Source: Chrysemys picta bellii (Eukaryota). Taken from it: 64,000 bases of DNA. The translations under genes were made by a program, and so were the position numbers. Shown here in pieces: positions 38,047 to 51,167 of the stretch. The stretch is from the NCBI RefSeq assembly GCF_011386835.1, contig NC_088794.1, positions 6,138,001-6,202,000 on the forward strand. Reading direction: 5' to 3'. Position 1 is the stretch's first letter, and each line of letters opens with the position of its first letter. The notes under the pieces are model-generated. The model searched no databases. It was not told where the DNA came from and was given only the letters and a program-made list of their open reading frames with translations.

Positions 38047-41000
38047 TGCCAAAACACTAATGAATTGGCCCCTAGGTGCTGGACGTAGGGGTGCTGCTTG
38101 AAGAGGTTTCCATCATGTACAGGGTTTATAGTTTGGTTCAACAGCTTCCAGCAGCCCCACTATAAAAACTGTTCCAGTGCCCCTGAATTGGCCGTCAGTA
38201 GATTGTGTTGAAGTGGGCTGCAGACCTTACAAAATGCTCTAGTGGTCCATATATGGACTGCAGGCCATAGGCTGGGCACCCCGGGATCCGAACAATGGGA
38301 GATACAGTCCTGCCAGACACCCCAGCTCTGTGAGGAGAATTGCCACATGAGACACCCAAACAATAACTCTCCTAAGACCACAGGGAATCATTTCCAAAAA
38401 GACATTTTTGGTTTTCAGACAAAAGTTTTAGGCTGAACATTTCTGGAGTTTAATATTTTCTTTAAAAAAAGACAAATTTGCTGTGTAAAAACTCCCCTGT
38501 TTTGTGACAAGCACCAGTATTTCCATGGTTCAGGTCTGAATTTGCCAACTTTCCATTTCCCTGGGGAGAAGTTGTCATTCAGCTCTTCACAGTAACACCA
38601 GAGAATGTTTCACTGGCAGTTACTGACCTTAGAACACAGAATCATGCGTGAGCTGTTCAAATTCTTTGTCAACAGTTAACTTCACCTGTCACTGAGCTGC
38701 CCATTCCCACAACTTTCAGCTAGGTCCCTCTGAAGTTTTCACTCTCATTCCCCAGCCTGGACTCACCAAAGCAATTCCATGTCATCTGCAAACTTTGCCA
38801 CCTCCCAGCCCGGTTAGGCAGACTCACTTTAGCTCCTCTAGAGCTAATGTGTAAAACTTGGTGTTTAGACATTGCGGCACTTGCAGTGGGTCTGCTTAGC
38901 CGCATGAGCTCAGACTCAGGGGTCGTGGAGGCTTGGAGACAGCCAGCTAGTTTGAGCTGCCACGGGTGCGGCAATGTCCACATGACTACGTGTAGCATGC
39001 TAGCTTGAGTGAACGCTCTGAGCAGCCGTACAGACACACCCACAGGTGCTGTAACAACGGGCTGCTTGGAAATTCTCTTGGTTCAACAGAGACCTAGCAC
39101 TGAAAATATAATCCAGAGAAGCAATCCGATGTTTAAGCATATAGAAGAGAGGATCTTTAAACAAAAAGTGCTGCTCAATATTAATTGTAATACATAATTA
39201 TAATAATGGTCCCTTCTGGCCTTAAAATGTGCAAATCTATCTTATCCCTTACGCCCTCTGACGTTTTAGTTTTGCTTTCATGACTAGCGCTGCACATAGG
39301 AACATAGGCCCCGATCCTCAACGGTATTTAGACACCTAACTCCCAAGAATTTGGGCCATAAGAAATTGTCTTAATGGATCAGATTACAGTGGTGCCCAAC
39401 CCTATTATACAGGAGGGCCACATGAACCAAACATTGGGGGGGAAGCAGATTCTACACATTTTAATAAGATTTAAAGTCACCTGTATTGATTTATATTTTA
39501 AGTTCAGCTTGTTTCATGTGTCTTTGGGTTGTTTCTATGTACAGGATTGTCTATTTACACACATGTGTAAACTAAAATGATATAAACATGTCACCAAAAC
39601 ACTAATGAATTGGCCCCTAGGTGCTGGACCTAGGGGTGCTGCTGCTGCACCCCCTGGCTTGAAGTGGTTTCCATCATGTACAGGGTTTACACGTTGGTTC
39701 AATGGCTTCCAGCAGCCCCACTATAAAAATTGTTCCAGTGCCCCTGAATTGGCCATCAGTAGATTGGGTTGAAGTGGGCTGCAGACCTTAGAAAATGCTC
39801 TGGTGATCCATATATGGACTGCAGGCCATAGTCTGGGCACCCCAGGATCCGAACAATGGGAGATACAGTCCTGCCAGACACCCCAGCTCTTTGAGGAGAA
39901 TTGCCACATGAGACACCCAAACAATAACTCCCCTAAGGCCACAGGGAATCATTTCCAAAGAGACATTTCTGGTTTTCAGCCAAAAGTTTTAGGCTGAACT
40001 TTTCTGGGGTTTAATATTTTCTTAGAAAACAAAAACAAATTTGCTGTGTAAAAACTCCCCTGTTTTGTGACTAACACCAGTATTTCCATGGTTCAGGTCT
40101 GAATTTGCCAACTTTCCATTTCCCTGGGGAGAAGTTGTCATTCAGCTCTTCACAGTAACACCAGAGAATGTTTCACTGGCAGTTACTGACCTTAGAACAC
40201 AGAATCATGCGTGAGCTGTTCAAATTCTTTGTCAACAATTAACTTCACCTGCCACTGAGCTGCCCATTCCCACAACTTTCAGCTAGGTCCCTCTGAAGTT
40301 TTCACTCTCATTCCCCAGCCTGGACTCACCAAAGCAATTCCATGTCATCTGCAAACTTTGCCACCTCCCAGTCCGGTTAGGCAGACTCACTTTAGCTCCT
40401 CTAGAGCTAATGTGTAAAACTTGATGTTTAGACATTGCGGCACTGGCAGTGGCTCTGGTTAGCCGCATGAGCTCAGACTCAGGGGTCGTGGAAGCTTGGA
40501 GACAGCCAGCTAGTTTGAGCTGCCACGGGTGCAGCAATGTCCACATGACTACGTGTAGCATGCTAGCTTGAGTGAACGCTCTGAGCGGCTGTACAGACAC
40601 ACCCACAGGTGCTGTAACAACGGGCTGCTTGGAAATTCTCTTGGTTCAACAGAGACCTAGCACTGAAAATATAATCCAGAGACGCAATCCGATGTTTAAG
40701 CATATAGAAGAGAGAACCTTTAACCAAAAAGTGCTGCTCAATATTAATTGTAATAATAATGGTCCCTTCTGACCTTAAAATCTGCAAATCTATCTTATCC
40801 CTTACGCAGTCTGACATGTTAGTTTTGCTTTCCTGACTAGCGCTGCACATAGGAACACGGGCCCCGATCCTCAACAGTATTTAATTGTCTTAATGGATCA
40901 GATTACAGTGGTGCCCAACCCTATTACACAGGAGGGCCACATAAACCAAACAGTGGGGGGCAAGCAGATTCTACACATTTTAATAAGATTTAAAGTCACC

Positions 41001-41887
41001 TGTATTGCATTATATTTTAAGTTCAGCTTGTTTCCTGTGTCTTTGGGTTGTTTCTATGTACAGGATTGTCTATTTACACACATGTGTAAACTAAAATGAT
41101 GTAAACATAGCGCCTAAACACTAATGAATTGGCCCCAAGGTGCTGGACCTAGGGGTGCTGCTGCTGCACCCCCTGGCTTGAAGTGGTTTCCATCATGTAC
41201 AGGGCTTACTGTTTGGTTCAATGGCTTCCAGCAGCCCCACTATAAAAATTGTTCCAGCGCCCCTGAATTGGCCGTCAGTAGATTGTGTTGAAGTGGGCTG
41301 CAGACCTTACAAAATGCTCTAGTTGTCCATATATGGACTGCAGGCCATAGGCTGGGCACCCCAGGATCCGAACAATGGGAGATACAGTCCTGCCAGACAC
41401 CCCAGCTCTTTAAGGAGAATTGCCACATGAGACACCCAAACAATAATTCCCCTAAGGCCACAGGGAATCCTTTCCAAAGAGACATTTCTGGTTTTCAGCC
41501 AAAAGTTTTAGGCTGAACTTTTCTGGGGTTTAATATTTTCTTAGAAAACAAAAACAAATTTGCTGTGTAAAAACTCCCCTGTTTTGTGACTAACACCAGT
41601 ATTTCCATGGTTCAGGTCTGAATTTGCCAACTTTCCATTTCCCTGGGGAGAAGTTGTCATTCAGCTCTTCACAGTAACACCAAAGAATGTTTCACTGGCA
41701 GTTACTGACCTTAGAACACAGAATTTTGCGTGAGCTGTTCAAATTCTTTGTCAACAATTAACTTCACCTGCCACTGAGCTGCCCATTCCCACAACTTTCA
41801 GCTAGGTCCCTCTGAAGTTTTCACTCTCATTCCCCAGCCTGGACTCACCAAAACAATTCCATGCCATCTGCAAATGTTGCCACCTCA
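38047..41887 (-). repeat. Inverted array of the ~1.55-kb macrosatellite (2 full units plus partial units at both ends)
   Basis: The reverse-complement marker GTTGTCATTCAGCT ends at 38584, 40147 and 41666 (periods 1563, 1519). The same peptides appear as in 1-5155, on the opposite strand. Confidence 0.97.
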
Positions 41888-42819
41888 CTGCTCGCTCCCC
41901 GTACCAGATCATTAATAAATATTTGACTGTTTATTCTACTCTTTGGCCCAGATGCTCAAAGGTAGGTAGGCTCCTAACTTCGTTGAAATCAACGGATGTT
42001 AGGGGTCTGGACATCTCTGAGGATCTGGGCACTTGTTTTCTGTGGCGTAACCTGTTTCTCATTTATGGCAGCATTTTGCCTCATATTCCATGACTACCTA
42101 ACTTCCTTAATAGCCTCATGTGAGGGACTTTGTCAAAGAAAGTCCAAGTATACTATGTCAGATGGTTCCCCCCATATTCACTCTTTTGTCAACAAAATGA
42201 AAGAATTATAGTAGATAAATGAGGAATGATTTTCCATAGTAGAATCACAAGTCGTTAGTCCCTATCATGACATGCTCATCCTGGTATTTTTTAATTCCAT
42301 TTCATCATCACTACTAGAGAGACACACACATTATCGCTTATATAGGGTGAGATATGCCCCAGCCATGCCCTTCACCCCATTACTCTATGCATCACTCTAT
42401 GCTATTTCAGCCCTTTCTGAACCCTTGAGTCTGCCAGTGCCCCTCACTCTGATCTTCAGCCATTTTTTGCCACTCCAATCCCAGGTTTTTAGACATCTCT
42501 GAAGAAAAGAAAAAAGCATCCATTGCATTCTATCTGGAAACTGCTTATAAAGTTTCTATTTTTGGGCTCTCAAAAAACCAGTGTTAGGAATGACTCAATT
42601 CTAATTTTCTCTGCAATTACAAAATAATTAAATAACTGTAACAGAAAATGTATTTTCAATAAACTTTTCCACATTTACTCCTGACTGGAAGTAATTATTG
42701 CTAGGGGGAGGTTCAGATTTATGGAATGCATAAAACAGGGGAAAGGGATGGAGAGCAGCATCAACGCTTCAAAGAACTTGAACAAAGTTAGAAGCCGACA
42801 GATTGGCATCCCACTATCT

Positions 42820-43025
42820 ACTGCTCCCATGTGACCTAAAGGGCATTTTAATGATGCCCTTTGTGCCAGACGTGAGATTGACAGCTCTAAGGGATTCTGT
42901 CTCCAAATGCCTGCAGACCAAATAAATACGCCCTGCCTCTAATTACACTTTTTGACTCCGAGAAAGAGAGATGTCTCTCTTGCAACAGGCAGCTTTAATA
43001 TTACAGGACAAAGACTAATGTGAGT
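42820..43025 (+). promoter_or_regulatory. Putative promoter and first exon of the OR at 45406
   Basis: CATTTTAATGA at 42844-42854, shared block GGGATT....CAAATGCC at 42891-42911, AATAAATA at 42921-42928 and donor AAT|GTGAGT at 43020. An acceptor TTTCTTCTACCCAACAG ends at 45384. Confidence 0.5.
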
Positions 43026-44590
43026 AAACAAAATGTTTTCTTTTCTTCAGCTACCTGGTAAATACACCCAGATCCATTCTTTTCACTGAGAAACAGGGTG
43101 GTTGTTTTTTCTGTTCTGAAAATGGTGACTCTTTTACCACCAAAATGTTGTCTTGATTATCTCTCATTGTATAATGTGCAGTAAAATGGGATAAAAAGCC
43201 TAAACTACCCTGAATGCGGCATGTGATTTTTTGGGGGGAATGTCATATATGGGGCTAGAGACCCTCAGCTGTTGTCGATTCTCATAGTACCATCGACCGC
43301 AATACAGCTGTGATGATTTATACCAACTAAGGATCTGACCCAATGTGCTTCAGTGAGTTAAGTTATTGTATACGCTCCTCAAATGAAAAAAAGAAAAAAG
43401 AAAAAAAAAAAGGAAAAGGTAAGATAAAAATACCCCTTGTTTACCAGGAATCAGGTTGCAAGGGATTTTTTTTTTTTTTTTTTTTTTTGTAAATGCAGTT
43501 CATGCTTTTGAACAACAAATGTTTTCATTTTAAACTTCTTTGAGCAGGTTTTCTGCTGGTGAAATATTCTAGATTGGCAGCCCTAGAGAGAGATGGTGTC
43601 TCTCTGTAGAAAGAACATTCTGTACAGAACGGGCAGCACTGGCTTCCCCCAACGCACTAGTCTCTGCTAGGGTTCAGGGTGGATACACAGAGATAATGGA
43701 ACGAAAATAAAAAGCTCGTGTATATTTCAGATTTTCTCATTAGCTTGAAGTGGAAGAACAAGCACATTTGGACCCACTTGGATTCCAAGTAACCGTCTCC
43801 CTGGACGCTGTCTGACCAACACTCCCTGCTACTGGGGCATCTCATTGTGGAGTTCTAGGTGGCTATCGGGTGTGTATTCACTATGAAGCTGCTTAATGTT
43901 TCTGCTTTCAAAATATCTTCTGAGAAAGAAAGCACTGTCTCCACGCACTCTGGGTACACGAGCGAGATTAACAGAGCTTCAAAGTATGTCTACACTGCAG
44001 AAAGGAAAAATAACCCGTGGCAGAGAGTCTTAGAGGCCAGGTCAATTGATTCTGCCTTGTGTGGCTTGCGCTACAGGGCCAAAAACAGGTGAGGTGGGAG
44101 GGTGATATTGCCATAGTGAACGTGAGAGAGAGGAGAGAGAGAGAGATGTTTTAGTCGTATCACTGTTCAGTAGACTGGTTTTCTCTTGAATGGTGATCTT
44201 TGCCAAACCCACGTGTGTTGCTTCTGATTCCTCGCTGAGTTATGCCAGTTCCATGCTAGTGCCAGGGGCCAGAACGGGTGTGAGGGCTTCTTTCAACCAT
44301 GGTTTAACTACAGCCTCCCTTTGTTGAACTCTGCAGTTCATTCATACCTCCTTTAGTTATGTGAACACCCCCTTTGTGAATATTAACTTAGTTATCTCCA
44401 AAAGAATTGTCTTTGTTGAATTTACTCTGGGACTTTATTCCAAAAGTGAGGTTTTGGCTGACTTGTCATAAATATATCCTGGTTCCTAACCGATGATTTA
44501 ATTATGGAAGGGTGCTAGTGCTGCAATATAAGGCTGGTTTTCAAACACCTCATCCACCTTTCTGCTCTATATCAGGTTGTTGCAGAGTTC

Positions 44591-45055
44591 AGAGAATCAT
44601 AGAACCATAGGGTTAGAAGGGACCACATGGGTCATGTTCTAGTCTAACCCCCAGCCAAGATGCAGTGTTTGTTGTGTCTGACCCACACAAGACCGATGGC
44701 TATCCAGCCTCCTTTTGAAAACCTCCAGTGAAGGACCTTCCACAACCTCCCTTGGCAGGTCTGTTCCATTGCCCAACTGTTCTGACAGTTAGGAAGCTTT
44801 TCCTGGGGTTTAATCTAAATTGGCTGTGCTGTAGTTTGAACCCACTGCTACTTGTCCTGCCCTCTGTGGCAAGAGAGAAAAACTTTTCTCCAATTTTTTA
44901 TGGCAGTGTTTCAAGTAGTTGAAGATGGCTATCATGTCCCTCCTTAATCTCCTCTTTTCCAAACTAAACATACCCAGTTCCTTCAGCCTTTGCTCGCATT
45001 CCATCCCTTTGACCACCTTTGTCACTCCTCTCTGGATCCTTCCTAGTGTCTCTAC
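44591..45055 (-). mobile_element. CR1 LINE 3' end
   Basis: AGAATCATAGAACCATAG terminus. Minus-strand translation is [29 protein letters not shown]. Confidence 0.9.
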
Positions 45056-45405
45056 TTCCTTTCAAATGATGCCTAGCCATATAATACCATGAAGCTATAT
45101 TTGCAAATGCCAGGGATGCAAACTTTGAAAATTCTGAAGTGATCTTTCTATTTTATTTTATAATCTCTTTTCTTTAAAAGGAGTAAAAATCTTGGCAAAT
45201 ATACAGACTCACATGAAATGAGTTTAAGTTTGCAAATGTCACACAGCCGGACCAGCATAACGTGGCTTTTGTATCTTGGCTTTCTACTGTATTTCACAAT
45301 GGTGGTATCCACCTCCCAGTCCCATGCAGTTCATCTTGAATCATAAGCTTTACCTTGGCTGTGTTTCTTTCTTCTACCCAACAGCATCGATCGCACCTGG
45401 AATAT

Positions 45406-46344
45406 ATGGCGCATGGCAATCATACTGGAGTGTCCATGTTCATCCTTCTAGGATTCAAAGGCAGTCGATCGCTGCAAGCTGTCCTCTTTGGGATGTTTTT
45501 GCTTATCTACAGCATGAGCCTAGTGGGGAATCTCAGCATGATCTCTTTGATCAGGATCGAGACGCGGCTACACACCCCCATGTATTTTTTCCTCAGCAAC
45601 TTGTCCCTTGTAGACCTCACTTACTCTTCCATTATTGCCCCTAAGGCACTGGTGAACTTCTTAGCAGAGAGTAAAGTCATTTCCTTTGCTGGGTGTGCCA
45701 CGCAATTTTTTTTTCACTCCTTCTCTGTGAACTCTGAGGGTTTACTTCTGGCTGTGATGGCATATGATCGCTTCATAGCTATATGCAAGCCGCTGATGTA
45801 CACGCTCATTATGTCCAGGAAAGTCTGGGTCCAGTTGGTAGTGGCATCATACATTTATGCCTCCATTAATGCCATTGTGCATACAGGCTCTTTGTTCAGC
45901 CTGTCCTTCTGTGGCCCCAATATCATTGATCACTTTTTCTGTGACATCCCCCCACTCCAGAAACTCTCCTGCTCTGACACTCGCGTGGGTGACACAGTGC
46001 ATTTCCTCTTTGCTGCTGTAGCTGCACTAAGTACTATCCTGGTCATCCTCATTTCCTATGTTTCTATCATGGTGGCCATCTTGCGGATCCGCTCCAACGA
46101 GGGCAGACGCAAAGCTTTCTCCACCTGCACCTCCCACCTGATGGCTGTGTCCATACTGTATGGGGCTCTGTTCTTTATGTACTTACGACCCACATCCAGC
46201 AACTCATCAGAGTACGACAAAGTGGTGTCCATGTTCTATACCCTTGTGATCCCCATGTTGAACCCCCTGATCTACAGCCTGAGGAACAAGGAGGTGAAGG
46301 ACGCCTTGAGGAAGACAATATACCAGAAAATTATTCCTCGCTGA
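45406..46344 (+). CDS. Olfactory receptor, class II, OR5-like (intact, 312 aa); close paralog of 28718-29662
   Basis: Motifs [41 protein letters not shown] and [27 protein letters not shown]. The ORF-track start at 45355 precedes the splice acceptor at 45384. Confidence 0.96.
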   Translation: MAHGNHTGVSMFILLGFKGSRSLQAVLFGMFLLIYSMSLVGNLSMISLIRIETRLHTPMYFFLSNLSLVDLTYSSIIAPKALVNFLAESKVISFAGCATQFFFHSFSVNSEGLLLAVMAYDRFIAICKPLMYTLIMSRKVWVQLVVASYIYASINAIVHTGSLFSLSFCGPNIIDHFFCDIPPLQKLSCSDTRVGDTVHFLFAAVAALSTILVILISYVSIMVAILRIRSNEGRRKAFSTCTSHLMAVSILYGALFFMYLRPTSSNSSEYDKVVSMFYTLVIPMLNPLIYSLRNKEVKDALRKTIYQKIIPR

Positions 46345-48529
46345 ATCTAACTAAGAGGATGAGTTTCATCATTTAATAATAAATAGAAGCGAGAGGAGCT
46401 GGCCTGAAAATGGAATTTCTCTCCTATGGAAAATGTTGAGATTTCAAAAAAAATAATCATCCTAACTCAGGACAAAAAGTTAAAATCTCAAAATACTGTG
46501 TGGGAGGGAAATTCTGAAAAATTCCATTTTGGGAAAACCAAAATGGATTTTTTTGGCTGACTGGCCACCTGCCTAGAAGGCTCTTCCCAATTTCATTTCC
46601 TCTCTGCTGGTAGAACACGAGATTGGCACGGACTTTCCAAGAAGGTAGCTGAGTCCTGTCCTTTCGACTTCTCCAATGGAAAAAAAAAATCAGCAAAAAT
46701 AAAAATTTCCTCCCTAAAATTTTGTGAGAAAGGTATGTTCTACCAGAAGATCATCCCAATGGAAAATTCCCAACTGGCTCTAGTGATGAGGGAAAAGTGA
46801 GATCTTGCTGCTGTTACCCCTGTCACTGGGCCTTGCATGGTGAGAAAGAAGGCAGGAGCAACATAAGAGGGAGATGCCTTTTGGCTCCAACCCAGAGAAG
46901 TGCAGCCAATGTCCAGAGAGGGCCGAAGGAAGGTGGAGCAGCAGAGAGGCTTATGTCCTGACGTCTCCTTGCAGAACAGCTGGACCCTAATGGACAGTGA
47001 GAAGGGCCAGGGGAGTGAGGGATGCTCCCTGGCAAGGATGTGGGAGTGCCCACTAGGAAGTGGGGGGTTGCACCTGAGAAGGAAGGGCTGGACGGTGGGA
47101 GGGGAGGGGACTGTTCTGGCACAGGGAAGGAAGAGGACAGCTAAGGAGCTAAGCTGTGATGGAGGACACTGGGGTATGGGGAGAACAAGGACTGTATGCA
47201 CTGGGATGATATGGAGTACTTCCCTGGAAGTCAGGGAGATCCCAGATGCTGGGTATTCAGGCAGTCACCCCCACACCCACCCCCCGACAGCACACCTGGC
47301 AGGCAGCCTGGGGAACTGGCCCCCAGGATGATTACTGTTTGAGTAAGTGCCTGAAATGAAGAGCTTGGAGTTACCCAAAAGGGAAACTGAGACGAGGGGC
47401 CACTTGCAGGGCTGCCTCAAAGCCACAAAGAGACATTCGGGAGGAGGCCACACATTTACAGACTGAATTAAAATGCACCATGGGAAGCCTAGTCTTCTTG
47501 CCTGGTTTCCTACCAGGCCATGTGCATGCTTGCTGGCTGATGAGTGGGTGGGCAAGCAGCCCTGTTCCTCCAAGCTCTCAGGCTCCCCAGCCTACCTGGT
47601 CCCTGGGATCCCCATCTTCCTGGGCAGCCAGTTGCCCAGGCTGCCTGCTTGCTGTGCTGATGGACTGGAGAATTTCCTGCATCCCCAGGATCTGAGACTT
47701 CCCGGACTTCTAGGATGCCCAGATTGTCCAGTTCCCTAGCCACTGGTTTTTCTATATTCAATCCGCTTTATTTAGTTGGCTTTTTAAAATAATTTCTCTC
47801 TGAAGGACTTTATATATTTGAAGCTCTTCTTCATGAGGTGAAGACAGGCTGAAATCATTCCGATTCCGTGTTATTTTCCCCAGAATTAGGTATTTGAGTG
47901 AGTATTTGAGGTAGTTGATCCCCACTTTAGTAGTCACTGTGATCAGGTATAAACGATAGCACAAGCAGCAAGGCAGGAGAGAATCAGAGTCAATAACGGC
48001 AACTTCCCCCCCGCCCCCCCCCCGTGCTGGCTGAGCAGCAGGCAAGGAATATAGCCATCGGAGGCAATGGCATATACCCCCATTCAACATCCTGTCAGCC
48101 AAGCACTCCATAAACATTGGTAGAGCTGTGTTAGACATAGAACTGGTCAGAAACCGCTATCCCTCTTCCTCAGAAAATTCCCACCTTTCATTCCAAATTG
48201 TAACAGAGAGCCACTATTCTGACATTTCCCACAAAAACCACAATTCGGAACAATTTCACTTTGGGACCATGAAGAAGTTTCATTCTGATAATGTCTACAC
48301 ATTTCATTTTAATAATGTTGAAACTGGTTTTTTGAGAAGGTAAAAATGTATCATTTCAATAAGGAAAAACGTTTTGGTTCAACCTTTTCATTTCTTTTTT
48401 TTTAATATATAAAATATAATATATTATACACCTAGAGCATAAAATCTGGCAAGTCAAGTGTAAAAGTCTAATTAGGCAGGTGAAAAAATAATTTGAAGAG
48501 CAACTAGCAAAAGACTAACAGCATTTTTT

Positions 48530-49200
48530 TTTTAGGTACATCAGAAGCAGGAAGCCTGACAAAGAATGGGCGGGGGCACTAGATGATCGAGGTGCTAGAG
48601 GAGCCCTCAAAGAAGACAAGGCCATTGCAGAGAAGCTAAATGAATTCTTTGCATTGGTCTTGACTGCAGAGGATATGAGGGAGATTCCCACACCTGAACC
48701 ATTCTTTTTTGGTGACGGATCTGAGAAACTGTCCCAGACTGAGGAGTCATACAACTAGCCACACAAAATGATGGGGTCTAGATTAGCTGTTACCACTCAT
48801 GAGAGAGATCTTGGAGTCATTGTGGACAGTTCTCTGAAAACATCCAGTCTAGCTGCAGTAGCAGTCAAAAAGCTAACAGAATGATAAGAACCATTAGGAA
48901 AAGGATAAATAATAAGACAGTAAATATCATAAGGCCATTATATAAATCCATGGTGCACTCACATCTAGAATACTGCATGCAGTTTTGGTCTGCCCATCTC
49001 AAAAATATATATTAGCAGTGGAAAAGATACAGGGAAGGGTGACAACAATGATCAGATTATGGAACAGCTTCCATATGAGGAAAGCTTAAAAGGACTGGGA
49101 CAGTTCAGTTCGGAAAAGAGACAACTATGGGGGAATATGATAGAGGTCAATAAAATCATTAACGATATGGAGAAAGTGAATAAAGCAGTGTTATTTACCC
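48530..49200 (+). mobile_element. CR1 LINE ORF2 fragments joined by an internal deletion near 48750
   Basis: YIRSRKP...ALKEDKAIAEKLNEFFA, then MMGSRLAVTTHERDLGVIVDSSLKTS and EQLPYEE. Confidence 0.9.
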
Positions 49201-49534
49201 CAAGAAATGCTATTTTCCCCTTCATAAAAAACAAGAATCAGAGATCAGCCAAAGAAATTAATAGGAAGCAGCTAATGACTTTTACCATGTTTACCAGAAG
49301 GTTACTTCTACTAGAGATATTTTGTTGCCTTCATGCTAGTTTCCTAATGGTCCAGCTTAATCAATGTATCTATTACATCATCCGAAGAACTCAGTGTAAC
49401 TAGACCGTATTTAATCTCACTTTCTATGTCATATACAGTAGCCATAAATAGTTATGGATCAACCCTCCCATCCTTCACATTGCAACAGGACTAAGAAATG
49501 GTGCCCAAATCCTTGCCTCCAGCCCAAATTTATG

Positions 49535-49822
49535 GTGCGTCTATACTTAAACTATTATCACCGCACAGGGGGCAGTGCTGCATCTGTAGCACTTCAGTGT
49601 AGATGCTCATGACAGGGATAGGAGGGGTACTCCCATCTGTGTAGTTAATCCGCCTTCCCGAGAGGCGGTAGCTAGGTTGACAGAAGGATTCTTCCATGGA
49701 CCTAGCACTGTGTATGCCATGGGGTTATGTTGGCATAGCTACGTCTCTCAGCGGGTGTGTGTGGATTTTTCACTCTCCAGAGAGACGTAGCTACACTGAC
49801 AGTTTTCAGTGCAGAACAGCCC
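49535..49822. mobile_element. Harbinger-type MITE
   Basis: Ends are TTA-TGGTGCGTCTATACTT and CAGTGCAGAACAGCCC-TTA. The interior resembles the element at 6296-6550. Confidence 0.6.
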
Positions 49823-50289
49823 TTATACAGGTAGGAATAGAATGAACGGATATGAAATAGTTAAAAAGCAAATCTCTAGTGAGGGTGGGGCAGTTGTCAG
49901 GTGCCGTTTGTGAGGCTCAGGCTGACATAGCCATGGGTCCGGCAGAAGGGCCTTCCTGATCTCCCCAGGGGTTCTTAAGCCTTAGGTGAGACACTCGTGC
50001 ACCTAGACTGGTTTACTGTCAGAAAATCCTTTTGCTCCCATGCTGTGCTGTGTTTTTGTTGTTAAGATGAAACACAGGTTTTGGGGTTCTTTTTAAGAAA
50101 GCTGGTCACTGTGTTAATTACTCATCACAGCTCCTGAAGGGAAGACTTGCAGGCCCCATGCCCAGATGGACCCGATGAGAAGCCACTGTAGATACACAGG
50201 AGCTGATAACCTAAGAGTGGGAGAATTCGGGGATTTCTTCCCAGGACAGGCAAAGGCAAGAGCCCAAACACGTGAGGGAGTGCACAAAA

Positions 50290-50410
50290 TATTGTGAATA
50301 CATGGAATAGCCAGTTCCAAAGAACACTGTGATGGCCACCAAGTGGAAGATGCAGGTGGAGAAGGCTTTGCACCAGTCCTCCATGGATTTGGCCAAAGAG
50401 GGTTCAAAGA
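50290..50410 (-). pseudogene. OR pseudogene remnant (TM6 region)
   Basis: AKSMEDWCKAFSTCIFHLVAITVFFGTGYSMY retains the KAFSTC..HL motif. The flanking sequence does not give a full OR. Confidence 0.6.
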
Positions 50411-51167
50411 GGCAGCTAGACCTTTAACCCTTGACATGTTTCACGTTGGCTACATTGCATTAGCCCAGAACGGCCTCACCGCAGAGGCAACTGTGATAAA
50501 GCAGTGGGGAAAATAATGTGCATAAGACTCCTGTGACATCCTTGGAGATCCTTCAGTGGATGAAATGTGCCAGACAAGTACCTGGAAACCATAGCTATCA
50601 GTATCAAAATGGATCTTACCTAAGGGACAGATCAGCATTGAAGTTTATCCATCTTCCCATCACATGACATTTTAAAGCATCACTTTGAATAGTTTCCAAG
50701 GTATAAACAGAGGAACTATTAATGGCACAGATACCACCCCAAAATGGGACATGTAATGTCATGTTACCGAGAGAGGAAATGTCATTTTGCTGCATTTACT
50801 GGCCCAAGCTGAATTTAGCTCTTCAGATATTTGTGCAAGATGGGTAAATAAAAATCATTTGGAAAATGGACAAGCTCAGAGAATTCCCTCTCCTCACCCC
50901 CTTTAAAGGCTTGATTTGCACCAGTGAAATCAGTGGGAGTTGTGCATTTGGCTTTTAAGGCACACTGGGTCCAGCCCTAAATCATTACCACATGTTACAG
51001 GTTAGACTGAATTCAATAATGCCAAATGGCTAGCCTTAATCAACTTTTATGAATAAAAGATTCTTAGTAACAGATAAATGCAGCATAACAGAGAAAGGAA
51101 GACTACATAGATTACCAACACATCTGGATGGTAACAATGCAGAGGTCAGACTGCCTTAAAATCTGAG

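Noticed and set aside
1-41887. CRISPR-like or prokaryotic system
   Set aside because: There is no short repeat-spacer structure, and the context is eukaryotic, with introns and LINEs.
27184-41887. The inverted duplication as a pure assembly artefact
   Set aside because: The arms differ by many substitutions, distinct deletions, a private Penelope insertion and unit number, which favours a real duplication. It is not fully excluded because one arm abuts the gap.
43380-43490. Adjacent poly(A) and poly(T) tracts as a functional hairpin or terminator
   Set aside because: Simple low-complexity runs with no supporting structure.
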